DNA of 35,695 nt from a virus (Duplodnaviria > Caudoviricetes). Each line of letters begins with the position of its first letter. Position 1 is the first letter of the stretch. Below are positions 18,084 through 27,285 of the stretch, piece after piece. The notes beneath the pieces are model-generated. The model was given only the letters and a program-made list of their open reading frames with translations, had not been told where the DNA came from and made no database searches. A program made the translations under genes and the position numbers. The DNA lies in the IMG/VR virus record IMGVR_UViG_3300021446_000035, positions 1-35,695 of that record; one strand, 5' to 3'.

Positions 18084-19671
18084 TTCTAACGTCTTTGCAA
18101 TGCGGACCTCCGGAGGGTCCGTGAAGGTCATTTTCGAGGGAAACCATTACCTCAAGACCGAGAATGCCGATGAGATCTATGCGGCGGCGCAGCAGCTCCG
18201 GAAAAAGGACACCGAAGAATACCGCGAGCGCCTTCGCAACCTGCTTGATCCTCACTATCGGGAGGTGGTGATGGGGGATCTGGAGCGGGACAACATGGGC
18301 AACCTGTACCTGGAAGGGTTCAATCAGCCCCTGGGCGAAGGCATGGTGAGTCTGATCAAGGATCACCACGACCAGGACCTGTCCACCGATCCCTTCAAGG
18401 AGTTCTGGAAGCGCCTGCAACTGAATCCCAACGAGAAGGCGCGGGAGGACTTCTTCGAATACGTGCGGGACTTCGGCCTCACAATTACGGATGAGGGCTA
18501 CGTCATCCTGTACAAGGCCGTTGACCGCAATCCTCACGCCGACCTGGACAACGACTTTGTCGAGTTTGTCGGACAGGAGTACCTCAAGCATCAGATGATG
18601 CGCTCGAAAGAGGCCCCCGAAGATGTCTTCGTCGTCGAGGACGAGGACGGGGAGTACGCCATCGTTGAAGAAGAGGCCAGCTCCACCGATCTTCCCGGTG
18701 GAGACGACGCTGTTGACTTTCTCAACGTCGGGGATCTTTCAGTGACCAACCTTCTCGAAGAGGCGGCAGCTCGGGATGTGGTTGAGAGCCTCACCAGCTA
18801 TACCGTTTACTTTCAGGGTACCGAGTACACGGTAGCTAGTCTCCGAGATGAAGGTTTAGGTACCCATCCCCTTCCCCAAATTCGGGATGCCCTTCGTGAA
18901 GAGGTGATGTGCCCGCTGGATGTCGTTCTTGGGGACTTCAAGGATGACCCCCGAACCCTGCTTCCCGTCATGAAGCATGAGGGCGTGATCAACGACTACG
19001 AGTTTCAGGGCATCGATAAGGTCTCCGTTACCAGGGATGGACGTTCTGTCCTCTTGCAGAGCCTTGAGGACACAAAGATGGGTGACCGCATGGCCGAAGA
19101 TCTGGCAAGGGCTCGCCCAGACCTCGTGGAACCGACGCCCGATACCACCGAGATTGAGTATCACGGCACTCTTGCCGAGATGTACACGCTCATCGTGGAG
19201 GCGTCGGATGCCCAGTTCGAGCCCTGGTATGACGGGGGCGAGTACGGCAACGAGATCGACCTTGGAGAGATGATCTCCATGCCCCGTGAGGAATGCGATC
19301 CCAACAGCGAGGTCGCCTGCTCTCAGGGCCTTCACGTCGGCAGTCACAAGTACGTCGAGTCCTTCGGCTCCAACATGGACGTGATCCTTGCCTGCGTAGT
19401 CAGCCCACGGGATATTGTGGCGCTACCAGACCGGGATCACAGCAAGGTGCGGTTCTGCCGCTACTTTCCCTACGCGACCATGAAGAGGAATGACGACGGC
19501 TCCTGGGAGGAGATCGAGGCCGTTCAGGTGTCTACCCATCGGTTGGAGGACGACTTCGACTACGATGAGGCACTTGAGGACCTGGAAGAGGAGGAGGACC
19601 TGAGCGACGTGCAGGAGGACCGGAAGAAGATCCTCGAAGAGCGGGTCCAGCAGGTTCACTCAACGGAGTAA
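18076..19671 (+). CDS. rIIB: rIIB-like protein with large acidic insertion
   Basis: 'FW.RL..NP', 'ITDEGYVILYKAV' and 'G..ISMPREECDPN..VACSQGLHVG..YV..F.....V.PRDIV..P....KVR.CRY'. Start is ATG 18076, after the leader motif. Confidence 0.88.
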   Translation: MDNSNVFAMRTSGGSVKVIFEGNHYLKTENADEIYAAAQQLRKKDTEEYRERLRNLLDPHYREVVMGDLERDNMGNLYLEGFNQPLGEGMVSLIKDHHDQDLSTDPFKEFWKRLQLNPNEKAREDFFEYVRDFGLTITDEGYVILYKAVDRNPHADLDNDFVEFVGQEYLKHQMMRSKEAPEDVFVVEDEDGEYAIVEEEASSTDLPGGDDAVDFLNVGDLSVTNLLEEAAARDVVESLTSYTVYFQGTEYTVASLRDEGLGTHPLPQIRDALREEVMCPLDVVLGDFKDDPRTLLPVMKHEGVINDYEFQGIDKVSVTRDGRSVLLQSLEDTKMGDRMAEDLARARPDLVEPTPDTTEIEYHGTLAEMYTLIVEASDAQFEPWYDGGEYGNEIDLGEMISMPREECDPNSEVACSQGLHVGSHKYVESFGSNMDVILACVVSPRDIVALPDRDHSKVRFCRYFPYATMKRNDDGSWEEIEAVQVSTHRLEDDFDYDEALEDLEEEEDLSDVQEDRKKILEERVQQVHSTE

Positions 19672-19704
19672 GACCGTCTGGAAGCGGTCAGAGGGTGCAA
19701 AAAT

Positions 19705-19747
19705 ACTGGAAGGGAAGGGCCGTTTGATGGGCCCTTCCCTGTCCAGT
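19705..19747 (+). terminator. Strong hairpin after rIIB (terminator or processing stem)
   Basis: ACTGGA-AGGGAAGGGCC / GGCCCTTCCCT-G-TCCAGT, followed directly by CCCTTTACC. Confidence 0.55.
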
Positions 19748-19879
19748 CCCTTTACCAACAGTCACAACCAGCAAAGAAGCGACTATTGGACTTTTCTATA
19801 TAGGGGCCGCTCCCTGGAAGTTCAAGCCGCCCCGACAAACCCCCTTACTGTCAACTTATTATTCACAACCAGCCTTTTC

Positions 19880-20413
19880 ATGATTAGCGACGAGATTAGC
19901 TCTGTATCCGACTACGTAGAGGCCACTGCCCGCACCTGGAGCAACGAGTTCCACGAGTATCTGCTGGAAGGCCGCGCTCTGGCCGTCGATATGGAAGAAG
20001 TGGCCGACCGTCTAGACAGCAGTCTGGACGACGCAAAGAAGGCCCTCTTCTACGGAGACGAAAAGACCAGCCGAAAGGAGTGCCGGGACTACCTTCTCTC
20101 CAACTGTTTCAAGAGCAAGAAGCAAAAGTACATCCTCCACGCAGCCCTGGGGATAGCCACCGAAGCCGGTGAAATCCTCGAAGCTGTCTCTGCTCGCTTT
20201 ATGGGAAACGACATTGACCTTGTAAATGTCTCTGAGGAGATCGGGGATCTTCTATACTACGTGGCTCGGCTTGCCGATGCCATCGGCGTAGACCTTCTCG
20301 AAGTGATGAAAACCAACATTGAGAAGCTCGAAGAGCGGTTCCCCGAAGACTTCAACCAGGAGGATGCTCTAAACCGCGATACGGACCAGGAGCGAGAGGT
20401 TCTGGAATCCTAA
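19880..20413 (+). CDS. MazG-like nucleotide pyrophosphohydrolase
   Basis: 'LHAALGIATEAGEILE...EEIGDLLYY.A......DL.EVM..NIEKL..RFP..F'. Start is ATG 19880, after the leader motif. Confidence 0.88.
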   Translation: MISDEISSVSDYVEATARTWSNEFHEYLLEGRALAVDMEEVADRLDSSLDDAKKALFYGDEKTSRKECRDYLLSNCFKSKKQKYILHAALGIATEAGEILEAVSARFMGNDIDLVNVSEEIGDLLYYVARLADAIGVDLLEVMKTNIEKLEERFPEDFNQEDALNRDTDQEREVLES

Positions 20414-20458
20414 GCGGGCCCTTTCACCATCTATATCAACCAGCATGGATTGAAATCT

Positions 20459-23400
20459 ATGGCACAACGAGGATTAGAACATACACGTCGATTCTGCCCT
20501 CATGGCACACATCCTTATGAGACGGTAGAGTGGACGACATACGACGCACTCATTGAAAACCCGAAAACCGGAGAGACCGTCTTCGAGCAGAAGTCCGTGG
20601 TCTTTCCGGAATCCTGGTCGCAGCAGTCCGTCAATATCGTGGCCTCGAAGTATTTCTTCGGGGATCTCGATGCAGAAAACGGAAGCCCAGCGGAAGGAAA
20701 GAGGGAGTACCGCCTGAAACAGCTCGTAGATCGAGTGGCAGACACCATTGCCGAAGAGGGTTACAAGCGCGGCTACTTCCGCACCCTCGACGACAAGGGT
20801 CACTTCCTCATGGACTTGAAATGGCTTCTTCTCCACCAGCACGCGGCCTTTAACAGCCCCGTCTGGTTCAACGTGGGGCTCGGCCAAACCTACGGCGTGA
20901 AGGAGGGAGACGAGCAGAACCTTCTGTTCAACAAGAACAGCCCGGAGGAGCCCGTCGAAGAGGTGGATCCCTACGTCTTTCCACAGGCGGCGGCCTGCTT
21001 CATCGTCGAGATGGAAGATGACATCGACGCCATCTGGGACACGATGAAAGAGTCTGCACGCCTGTTCAAGTTTGGGTCCGGAGTAGGGGCCGACTGGTCC
21101 AGCCTTCGGTCCTCCAAAGAGAGGGTCAGTGGAGGAGGCACTGCATCCGGACCTGTTCCCTTTATGCGGGTCCAGGACGCTACCGGGGCCACGATCAAGA
21201 GCGGCGGAAAGACACGCCGTGCGGCCATCATGCAGATCCTCCGCGCCGATCATCCGGATGTGTGGGACTTTGTCAATGTGAAGAGAGACGAGGAAAAGAA
21301 GGCCCACTCCCTCATCAAGGATGGATATGATCCTTCGTTCAACGGAGAAGCCTACCAGACCGTCGACTTCCAAGACGTAAACCAAAGCGTCCGGATTGAC
21401 GATGAGTTCTTCGAGACCATCGACAGCGGAGAAGAACCCCCGCAGGGAACGGCCTACAAGACCAAGGCGGTCACTGATGGACGTGTGCTTGGCTCCTACG
21501 AGCCCTACCAGCTTCTTCGAGAGATTGCCCGAAACACCCACCAGTGCGGCGACCCCGGCATTCAGTATGACGGGGCCATTCAACGGTGGCACACGTGTCC
21601 ACAGAGCGGTCGAATCAACGGGTCTAACCCTTGCTCCGAGTTCCTCTTCCTGGACAACACCGCCTGCAACCTTGCCTCCATCAACCTTCGAAAGATGGAG
21701 ACGGGAGATGGGTGGGATCCGAAACGCCTCCAGGGAACGGCGGAAATCATGTTCACCGCCCAGGACATTCTCTGTGACATCGCGGGGTATCCAAGTGAGG
21801 ACATCGCAGAGATGTCGGAGGACTTTCGTCCTCTCGGACTCGGCTTTGCCAACCTCGGGGCCACCCTCATGCAGAAGGGGATTGCCTACGACTCCAACGA
21901 AGGCCGGGCCATTGCTGCGGGACTGCAAAGCATCATTCACTTTGCGGCCTACAACCGGAGCACGAAGATGGCGAAGGCCCTGGAGCCCTTCTCGAAGTAT
22001 GAGAAGAACGAGGAGGACTTTGTAGAGGTGATGACTCAGCACATGAACGTCCTTGCTGATCTGGTTCACGGAAGTCACGAGTACCTGTCGGCCATCACCG
22101 AAGAGGACGACCTTCCGTGTGAAGACGCAAGCGAACTTATGCTGTACGCCAAGAAGTTGGCCGGAGAGATGTACAGAAGAGGCGACAAGCACGGATACCG
22201 AAACTCTCAGGCCACGGTGATCGCCCCTACGGGTACCATCTCATTCTACATGGGATGCACCACCACAGGCATCGAGCCTTCCCCGGCCCTCGTGCAGTAC
22301 AAAGCTCTTGCGGGGTCTGAGGACTCGATGATTAAGATCGTCAACGACTGTGTGGGAGAGGCCATTCTTGCCCTGGGATATGATCCAGACGCAGCCACGC
22401 TCGTTGAGGAGTACGTCAAGTCCAACGATACCATCGAAGGGGTGAACGAAGTCCTTGCGGAAAACGGGTATCAGTCTCTGACCGACGAAGAGATGGAGGT
22501 CTTCGATACCGCCATGTCCCAGGGAGATCATTCCATCGATCCGAAAGGCCACATTGACATGATGGCGGCGGTCCAGCCCTTTGTCAGTGGAGCAATCTCC
22601 AAGACGGTCAACCTTCCAGAGAACGCCACTGTGAAGGACGTGGAAGACGCCTATCTTCGTGGATGGCGTCTTGGTCTCAAGGCCCTCGCCATCTACCGCG
22701 ATGGATCTAAAGATTCTCAGCCTGTCAACACCACGGATGGCTCTGAAGAATCCGAAGAACCGGAGGAAGATCAGACAGCGTTCGAAGAAGCGCTGGGAGA
22801 ACAGGTGGAGTACGCAGCGGCCATTGAAGTGATTGAGTCCGCCTTAGATGACAAGAAGGTTGGCCCCCTCGACGTCATCGACCAGCTCAAGATTGGGATG
22901 GGTACCATCGAATACGAGGCTGCGATCAAGACCATCCAGGACTTCCTTAATGACGGGGAGACCACCGTCAAGGACGTTCTGGAGGCCATCGACTTCACGG
23001 TGTCCGACAGCATCTGTGGTCAGGAAACCAATCGCCAGAAGCTGCCTGATCAGGCCCCGTCCATCCGGCGAAAGTTTCAGGTCGGTGGGACCGAAGGCTA
23101 CATCCACGTCGGCCTCTATCCGGACACGAAGGATCCTGGAGAGGTGTTTATCACCGTCTCGAAGGAAGGCTCTACGCTTGCAGGGGTGATGGACAGCTTT
23201 GCCACGTCCATCTCCCTAGCCCTGCAATACGGCGTGCCTCTGGAGGATCTGGTGGAGAAGTTCAAGAATCAGAGGTTCGAGCCTTCCGGCTTTACGGGAG
23301 ACGACATCCAGTCCGCAACCTCCATCGTGGACTACGTGGCGAAGTTCCTCGAACAGGAGTTTCTACAGGAGGACGCTGTAGAGGCCGAGCCTGTAGACTT

Positions 23401-23581
23401 CTCCAAGCCGCAGGTGACACAGTCCTCGGAAACCTCCGATGAGGTAGACGAAGAGCATGTCGGAGAGACCCTCGACGAGTTTGCTGAGAGAGTCTGTGAG
23501 AACTGCGGCAGCATCATGCGGCAGGACGGCACATGCTTCGTGTGCCCGACATGCGGTGAGGATACCGGATGCGGCGGATAG
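20459..23581 (+). CDS. nrdJ: Class II (adenosylcobalamin-dependent) ribonucleotide reductase with TSCPD and C-terminal Zn-ribbon domains
   Basis: FNSPVWFN, QAAACFI, KSGGKTRRAA, SNPCSEF, ACNLAS, IAPTGTI, GAISKTVN, YRDGSK, the 'GYIHVGLY..GEVF..SKEGSTL.G' domain and CENC...CPTC..GC. Confidence 0.95.
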   Translation: MAQRGLEHTRRFCPHGTHPYETVEWTTYDALIENPKTGETVFEQKSVVFPESWSQQSVNIVASKYFFGDLDAENGSPAEGKREYRLKQLVDRVADTIAEEGYKRGYFRTLDDKGHFLMDLKWLLLHQHAAFNSPVWFNVGLGQTYGVKEGDEQNLLFNKNSPEEPVEEVDPYVFPQAAACFIVEMEDDIDAIWDTMKESARLFKFGSGVGADWSSLRSSKERVSGGGTASGPVPFMRVQDATGATIKSGGKTRRAAIMQILRADHPDVWDFVNVKRDEEKKAHSLIKDGYDPSFNGEAYQTVDFQDVNQSVRIDDEFFETIDSGEEPPQGTAYKTKAVTDGRVLGSYEPYQLLREIARNTHQCGDPGIQYDGAIQRWHTCPQSGRINGSNPCSEFLFLDNTACNLASINLRKMETGDGWDPKRLQGTAEIMFTAQDILCDIAGYPSEDIAEMSEDFRPLGLGFANLGATLMQKGIAYDSNEGRAIAAGLQSIIHFAAYNRSTKMAKALEPFSKYEKNEEDFVEVMTQHMNVLADLVHGSHEYLSAITEEDDLPCEDASELMLYAKKLAGEMYRRGDKHGYRNSQATVIAPTGTISFYMGCTTTGIEPSPALVQYKALAGSEDSMIKIVNDCVGEAILALGYDPDAATLVEEYVKSNDTIEGVNEVLAENGYQSLTDEEMEVFDTAMSQGDHSIDPKGHIDMMAAVQPFVSGAISKTVNLPENATVKDVEDAYLRGWRLGLKALAIYRDGSKDSQPVNTTDGSEESEEPEEDQTAFEEALGEQVEYAAAIEVIESALDDKKVGPLDVIDQLKIGMGTIEYEAAIKTIQDFLNDGETTVKDVLEAIDFTVSDSICGQETNRQKLPDQAPSIRRKFQVGGTEGYIHVGLYPDTKDPGEVFITVSKEGSTLAGVMDSFATSISLALQYGVPLEDLVEKFKNQRFEPSGFTGDDIQSATSIVDYVAKFLEQEFLQEDAVEAEPVDFSKPQVTQSSETSDEVDEEHVGETLDEFAERVCENCGSIMRQDGTCFVCPTCGEDTGCGG

Positions 23582-23599
23582 AATATAGAACCTAGAATC
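23579..23599. repeat. Heptad array 1 (TAGAATA TAGAACC TAGAATC)
   Basis: Three contiguous 7-bp units between the nrdJ stop and the next ATG. Confidence 0.7.
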
Positions 23600-24445
23600 A
23601 TGATGATTGACTCTCTCTCAAACACGTATCGGTATGGCGTAGTTGCCCTCGTGATAGGGCTCCTCCTGTGGTTTCTAACGAGCGTTGCCCAAGGGCAAAC
23701 CCTACGCCCCGAAGGCAAGGTAAACGTCTCCGCATGGAGCGAAGCTCATCACTGCTACCAGCACTCGATGACCGCCGAAGGAAGACTACAAGGCACCTGG
23801 GGCCCGGCCATCATGCGGGCCCGGCTTCAGGTTCGGCGTTGGGGAGCGTGTGACTCAAAGATTCAAAGCGCAATCTTCAACGCCGAGTCTGGGCGGGCCT
23901 ACAGCAGGAGACAATCTGTGCTTTTAGGGATGCGTCTGGGGCAAAAGCCTCGAACACTCATCCTGGGAGCACAGGTAGATCGTCGATCTGCCCATCACGT
24001 GTGGAGACACCGGGGCCGAGAAAATCGCCATCCCTGGTTTCCGAAAGACTGGGAAACTGGTCGCAAGGGATGCACAGGAAAATCGGTGCCGGATAATCCC
24101 CCTGGGGCCTCGTGTCCCGCTCTCGGGTATTGGGATGGGGTTCGCCCCTATCTTCAAGTCCAACTGCATGGCGTTGAGCTTTCAGCACGTGGGCCGCTGC
24201 TCCGGTGGAAAAGCGTCACCCTTCCATGGCCCTCAGTCATCGGAGAACTCCGGTACCAGTGGAAACGCTGGACCGTAGGAACCTGGATGCAAACTGGAGG
24301 TCCGCAAGATGAGGCCGGAATTGTGTATCTAAGTCGAGAGCTTCCCAGTGATGTATACATCCAGGCATCCTTTGGCAGACGCCCTCTTCCCGAATGGAAA
24401 CAGCGGCACGCAGACGTGCTTGCGTTTACCGTTGGTCTTCGGTAA
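23600..24445 (+). CDS. Putative exported / outer-membrane beta-barrel-like protein
   Basis: Signal peptide (YGVVALVIGLLLWFLTSVAQG), amphipathic Trp/Tyr/Gly-rich beta-strand pattern, and C-terminal alternating strand LAFTVGLR. Confidence 0.55.
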   Translation: MMIDSLSNTYRYGVVALVIGLLLWFLTSVAQGQTLRPEGKVNVSAWSEAHHCYQHSMTAEGRLQGTWGPAIMRARLQVRRWGACDSKIQSAIFNAESGRAYSRRQSVLLGMRLGQKPRTLILGAQVDRRSAHHVWRHRGRENRHPWFPKDWETGRKGCTGKSVPDNPPGASCPALGYWDGVRPYLQVQLHGVELSARGPLLRWKSVTLPWPSVIGELRYQWKRWTVGTWMQTGGPQDEAGIVYLSRELPSDVYIQASFGRRPLPEWKQRHADVLAFTVGLR

Positions 24446-24461
24446 GTATTAGGGGCACATC

Positions 24462-24489
24462 CAGAAGATAGAACATAGAAGCTAAGTAC
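24462..24489. repeat. Heptad array 2 (CAGAAGA TAGAACA TAGAAGC TAAGTAC)
   Basis: Four contiguous 7-bp units just downstream of the exported-protein gene. Confidence 0.6.
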
Positions 24490-24628
24490 CTTCCCTGTGG
24501 CCGGGAGGCCGCAGGAAAGTCTTTCGATTTGAAGGGCTTTCCTGGGTCTCTCATTCCCACGCTACATCCCCAAAACATCACTGTATATTTCACTCACTAC
24601 AGCCTTTCTATGCGACCTTTCTTCTAAC

Positions 24629-24973
24629 ATGAACAATTGCGTTAGCACCCAGCAGTACTCCAACGGAAAGGAAAGCCTGGACCGCCCGACCTCCATAGGC
24701 GTCAACATTGAGCAGTCCCAAAAGGATCGGTTGGCAAGAATCGCCCACACGATCAACAAGACACAGGCCAAAATCGTCCGGAAAGCGCTGGATGACTTTC
24801 TTGGTCAACTCGAAGACTTCATCGACGGAGGTGACTCCGGAGACAGCGGCCCCGTCCCCATCAACGAAGAGAACCTTCGGAAAAATGGGGAGGAGGACGA
24901 GGTGATCTTGGAGGCGGGGAAGGACTGCAACCTCATTCTCAATATCGAAAAGGCCAAAATCCGTATATCATGA
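24629..24973 (+). CDS. Ribbon-helix-helix (CopG/Arc-like) transcription regulator
   Basis: 'TSIGVNIEQSQKDRLARIAHTINKTQAKIVRKALDDFL' fits the strand-helix-helix RHH pattern. Confidence 0.75.
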   Translation: MNNCVSTQQYSNGKESLDRPTSIGVNIEQSQKDRLARIAHTINKTQAKIVRKALDDFLGQLEDFIDGGDSGDSGPVPINEENLRKNGEEDEVILEAGKDCNLILNIEKAKIRIS

Positions 24974-25371
24974 TGGACGACAGATCTCTCAAGGACCTGA
25001 TTCAGTCTCACCGCTACCAGTTCACGCTCATTGACCACATGGGTCCGTCCTCCCGGTACCTGTCTTTGGTCGATGACAACACCGAGCACGTGAGGACCCT
25101 TGCTCGATTTAAAGACGAGATAGAGGGGGAGACCATCTCGAAAATAGTGACGATGCTCAATCGTCAGGCAGACCGCTTTCACGATCCGGTGATTGACCTC
25201 TCGGTGGACAACATCCGTTCTCGAATGGAAGAGAGAGGCATCGATTTATCCGGGATGGCAGACGTCGATCTTCGAGTCTTCGTGGAAGAGCGCCTTCGAT
25301 CGGAGAACGTCATGGAGACCCTGATGGAGGAGGTGGAGTTTCAACTAAATGAGTACTTCGGAAACGACTAA
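24970..25371 (+). CDS. Hypothetical protein
   Basis: ATGA overlap with the previous gene; acidic composition. Confidence 0.75.
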   Translation: MMDDRSLKDLIQSHRYQFTLIDHMGPSSRYLSLVDDNTEHVRTLARFKDEIEGETISKIVTMLNRQADRFHDPVIDLSVDNIRSRMEERGIDLSGMADVDLRVFVEERLRSENVMETLMEEVEFQLNEYFGND

Positions 25372-25404
25372 TCAATCAATACCAACACCCAACCAGCAAA
25401 CGAT

Positions 25405-25641
25405 ATGAGCAAGCACCTAACGGAAGACGCCACCATTCGAGGAGCCCTTCTCGAACTGATCGAGGGGAATGGACTCTTCGAGGTCATCACAAGCCTCGAC
25501 TACATTCTCCAACACCACGAGCATGAAGACCCTCACGATGACCTTCCGTACCCCATGCAGGTGAACCTATCCTTTCCCCGCCGGCGAACACTTTCGGAGG
25601 AGGGAGAAGGGCCTCCACAGCTCGCTATCCACGACAACTGA
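25405..25641 (+). CDS. Hypothetical protein
   Basis: Leader motif CAACCAGCA at 25390-25398. Confidence 0.72.
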   Translation: MSKHLTEDATIRGALLELIEGNGLFEVITSLDYILQHHEHEDPHDDLPYPMQVNLSFPRRRTLSEEGEGPPQLAIHDN

Positions 25642-25656
25642 TTCGACCCTTCAGCC

Positions 25657-25830
25657 ATGAAGAGTTTCGACGAAGCATTCAGTGATTCCGAGTATGCAGA
25701 GGGAGCACGACCAGCCATCGAAGCAGGATGGAATCTGGCTCTCTCTGCCTTGGAAGCAGCCCTCCTTCCGGGGGAGACTCTGGGGGACGTGAAAGACACT
25801 ATCAAGTACATGCGAACGGACACAGACTGA
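25657..25830 (+). CDS. Small hypothetical protein (57 aa; not in the ORF track)
   Basis: MKSFDEAFSDSEYAEGARPAIEAGWNLALSALEAALLPGETLGDVKDTIKYMRTDTD* tiles the gap between its neighbours. Confidence 0.7.
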   Translation: MKSFDEAFSDSEYAEGARPAIEAGWNLALSALEAALLPGETLGDVKDTIKYMRTDTD

Positions 25831-25833
25831 CCT

Positions 25834-26082
25834 ATGAACCACGCAACCTTCGATGTCGGAGAGGTTCTCTACGACATTGTTCACAACAGGCAGGTCCGGA
25901 TCCTCGAACACGTAGAAAACCCTGAAAAAGTATTCGTTCAAGAAATCGTTGGGCCGGACAGCTATACGATCGAAAAGAAATGGCTCTTCACGGGCGATGA
26001 AATCAACAGGGCGCTTGGGCGGACAGATGCTCGACAGGACCTTCAAGACAGTAGAGAGTACCGAAGAGAGCACGTCTCATAA
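25834..26082 (+). CDS. Hypothetical protein (possible SH3/KOW-like small domain)
   Basis: Tiles the operon. Pattern 'FDVGEVLYD....V.IL'. Confidence 0.65.
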   Translation: MNHATFDVGEVLYDIVHNRQVRILEHVENPEKVFVQEIVGPDSYTIEKKWLFTGDEINRALGRTDARQDLQDSREYRREHVS

Positions 26083-26098
26083 TCCGCCGTAACCCACT

Positions 26099-26338
26099 AT
26101 GAGCAGATCACGAGAGTTCTTTGAAGTCCGCAACTATACGGCAAGCAACCAATGGTCACATACCATTGAGACCACGGTCTTCGTGGATGAGAACTTGCCG
26201 GAGAAAGAGGCCAAGGAAAAAGCCGTACAACACGCCGAAAAGGTATCCGAAGAGAGAGGAGATCAACTTTCGGTTATCAAGGTGACGAAGACGCTGGAAG
26301 AGACCTTCGAAGGGAAACACTCGATTTCTGCGTCTTAG
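26099..26338 (+). CDS. Hypothetical protein
   Basis: Last + strand ORF before the convergent rep gene. Confidence 0.65.
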   Translation: MSRSREFFEVRNYTASNQWSHTIETTVFVDENLPEKEAKEKAVQHAEKVSEERGDQLSVIKVTKTLEETFEGKHSISAS

Positions 26339-26370
26339 AAGCAAGAACCTTGCTTCAAGAATCTTGATAC
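26336..26370. repeat. Heptad array 3 (TAGAAGC AAGAACC TTGCTTC AAGAATC TTGATAC)
   Basis: Five contiguous 7-bp units spanning the rep stop codon. Contains the palindromes AGCAAG-AAC-CTTGCT and TCAAGA-A-TCTTGA. Confidence 0.7.
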
Positions 26371-27272
26371 ATCGACTTCATGTGCCTGTAGGCTTCCGCT
26401 TGAATCACAGTTCCAGACTGATTTGGATTTTGCCTTTTGGCCTTCTCGACGGCCTTCTCATGGAGGGAATCGATGGTCTCTGAATCGAGGCTGTCGATTT
26501 CCTCCTGTGAGAGGTCGGACATGAACATGCTGGTTACGTCTACTTCGGGGGCCTCTGTCCGGTCCTCGATTTTTGTTGGGGATTCCGGTTTCTCCTTATC
26601 GGAGTGAATGAAAAACCGAAGGCGCTTAACAGACCGCCCCTCTTTCTCCTTGTCGTAGGTGAAGGAGATGTCGGTCTTGCCTGCCACCTCCTCCTGCGCC
26701 TTCTGAATGACGTGGTGCTCCAGGTGAGAGAAGTATTCGTATTTGCCTTCCAGCCCAAGGATCTCTCGTAACTCTTCGACGCTTATGCGGAGCACAGAAA
26801 TGTCCTCCCGCATCTTGAGAAGCTCGTAGATCCGCATTGAGTGGGCAGACTGGAGAGGAACGTAGTACCCGGCGTCGTACATCGTAAACCTCCGCTTGAG
26901 TTGAAGGAGGTAGGGCTTCATCTCCTCGTTGAACTTTGCCTTGATGTGGCCGTCGCCCTCGATGTACTTGCACCTCGCCATCAGGTTGATGCCGTCGTAG
27001 ACCCTTCTTCCGTCTTCGGTCTCGTGTTTGATTTTCAGCTTTTTGTCCAGTAACTGATCGCAAATCTCTTCTGCTCTCTGGTACAGACGCCCAGAGCTTT
27101 GCTTTTCGGACACCGTCTGGAGGTCTTTGATCGGGAGCTTCTGAAACTCGAACTCCTGATCGCCCTTGTCAAGCTGGGAAATGAGCATCGCCAACACCCG
27201 GTGTTCCAGCTTCGTGAGTGGCATCTTCGCCTGCACGAGCTTGTTGGCCTTGACGATCATCTGACCTTTCAT
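26355..27272 (-). CDS. repB: Plasmid replication initiator protein (Rep_3 / RepB family)
   Basis: 'IVKANKLVQAK..LT.LE.R.L', 'FNEEMKPYLLQLK..FT.Y', 'S.HS.RIYELLK', 'S.EELREILG....Y' and 'K.GRSV....F'. Iterons lie upstream. Confidence 0.93.
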   Translation of the reverse strand: MKGQMIVKANKLVQAKMPLTKLEHRVLAMLISQLDKGDQEFEFQKLPIKDLQTVSEKQSSGRLYQRAEEICDQLLDKKLKIKHETEDGRRVYDGINLMARCKYIEGDGHIKAKFNEEMKPYLLQLKRRFTMYDAGYYVPLQSAHSMRIYELLKMREDISVLRISVEELREILGLEGKYEYFSHLEHHVIQKAQEEVAGKTDISFTYDKEKEGRSVKRLRFFIHSDKEKPESPTKIEDRTEAPEVDVTSMFMSDLSQEEIDSLDSETIDSLHEKAVEKAKRQNPNQSGTVIQAEAYRHMKSMYQDS

Positions 27273-27285
27273 GGCGATAGACAGC

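Noticed and set aside
20414-20458. Cobalamin riboswitch upstream of nrdJ
   Set aside because: The intergenic gap is only ~45 nt and holds just the leader motif; there is no B12-box.
20474-22192. Long antisense ORFs (also 3984-4790, 4848-5690, 12734-13453, 33885-35060)
   Set aside because: These are shadows of well-supported genes on the other strand, caused by high GC3 codon bias. They contain no recognisable motifs.
4059-23581. Stop-codon reassignment as seen in some crAss-like phages
   Set aside because: Conserved genes are full length in the standard code. TAG, TGA and TAA all end genes at sensible positions (for example nrdJ TAG, polB TGA, ung TAA). No suppressor tRNA is seen.
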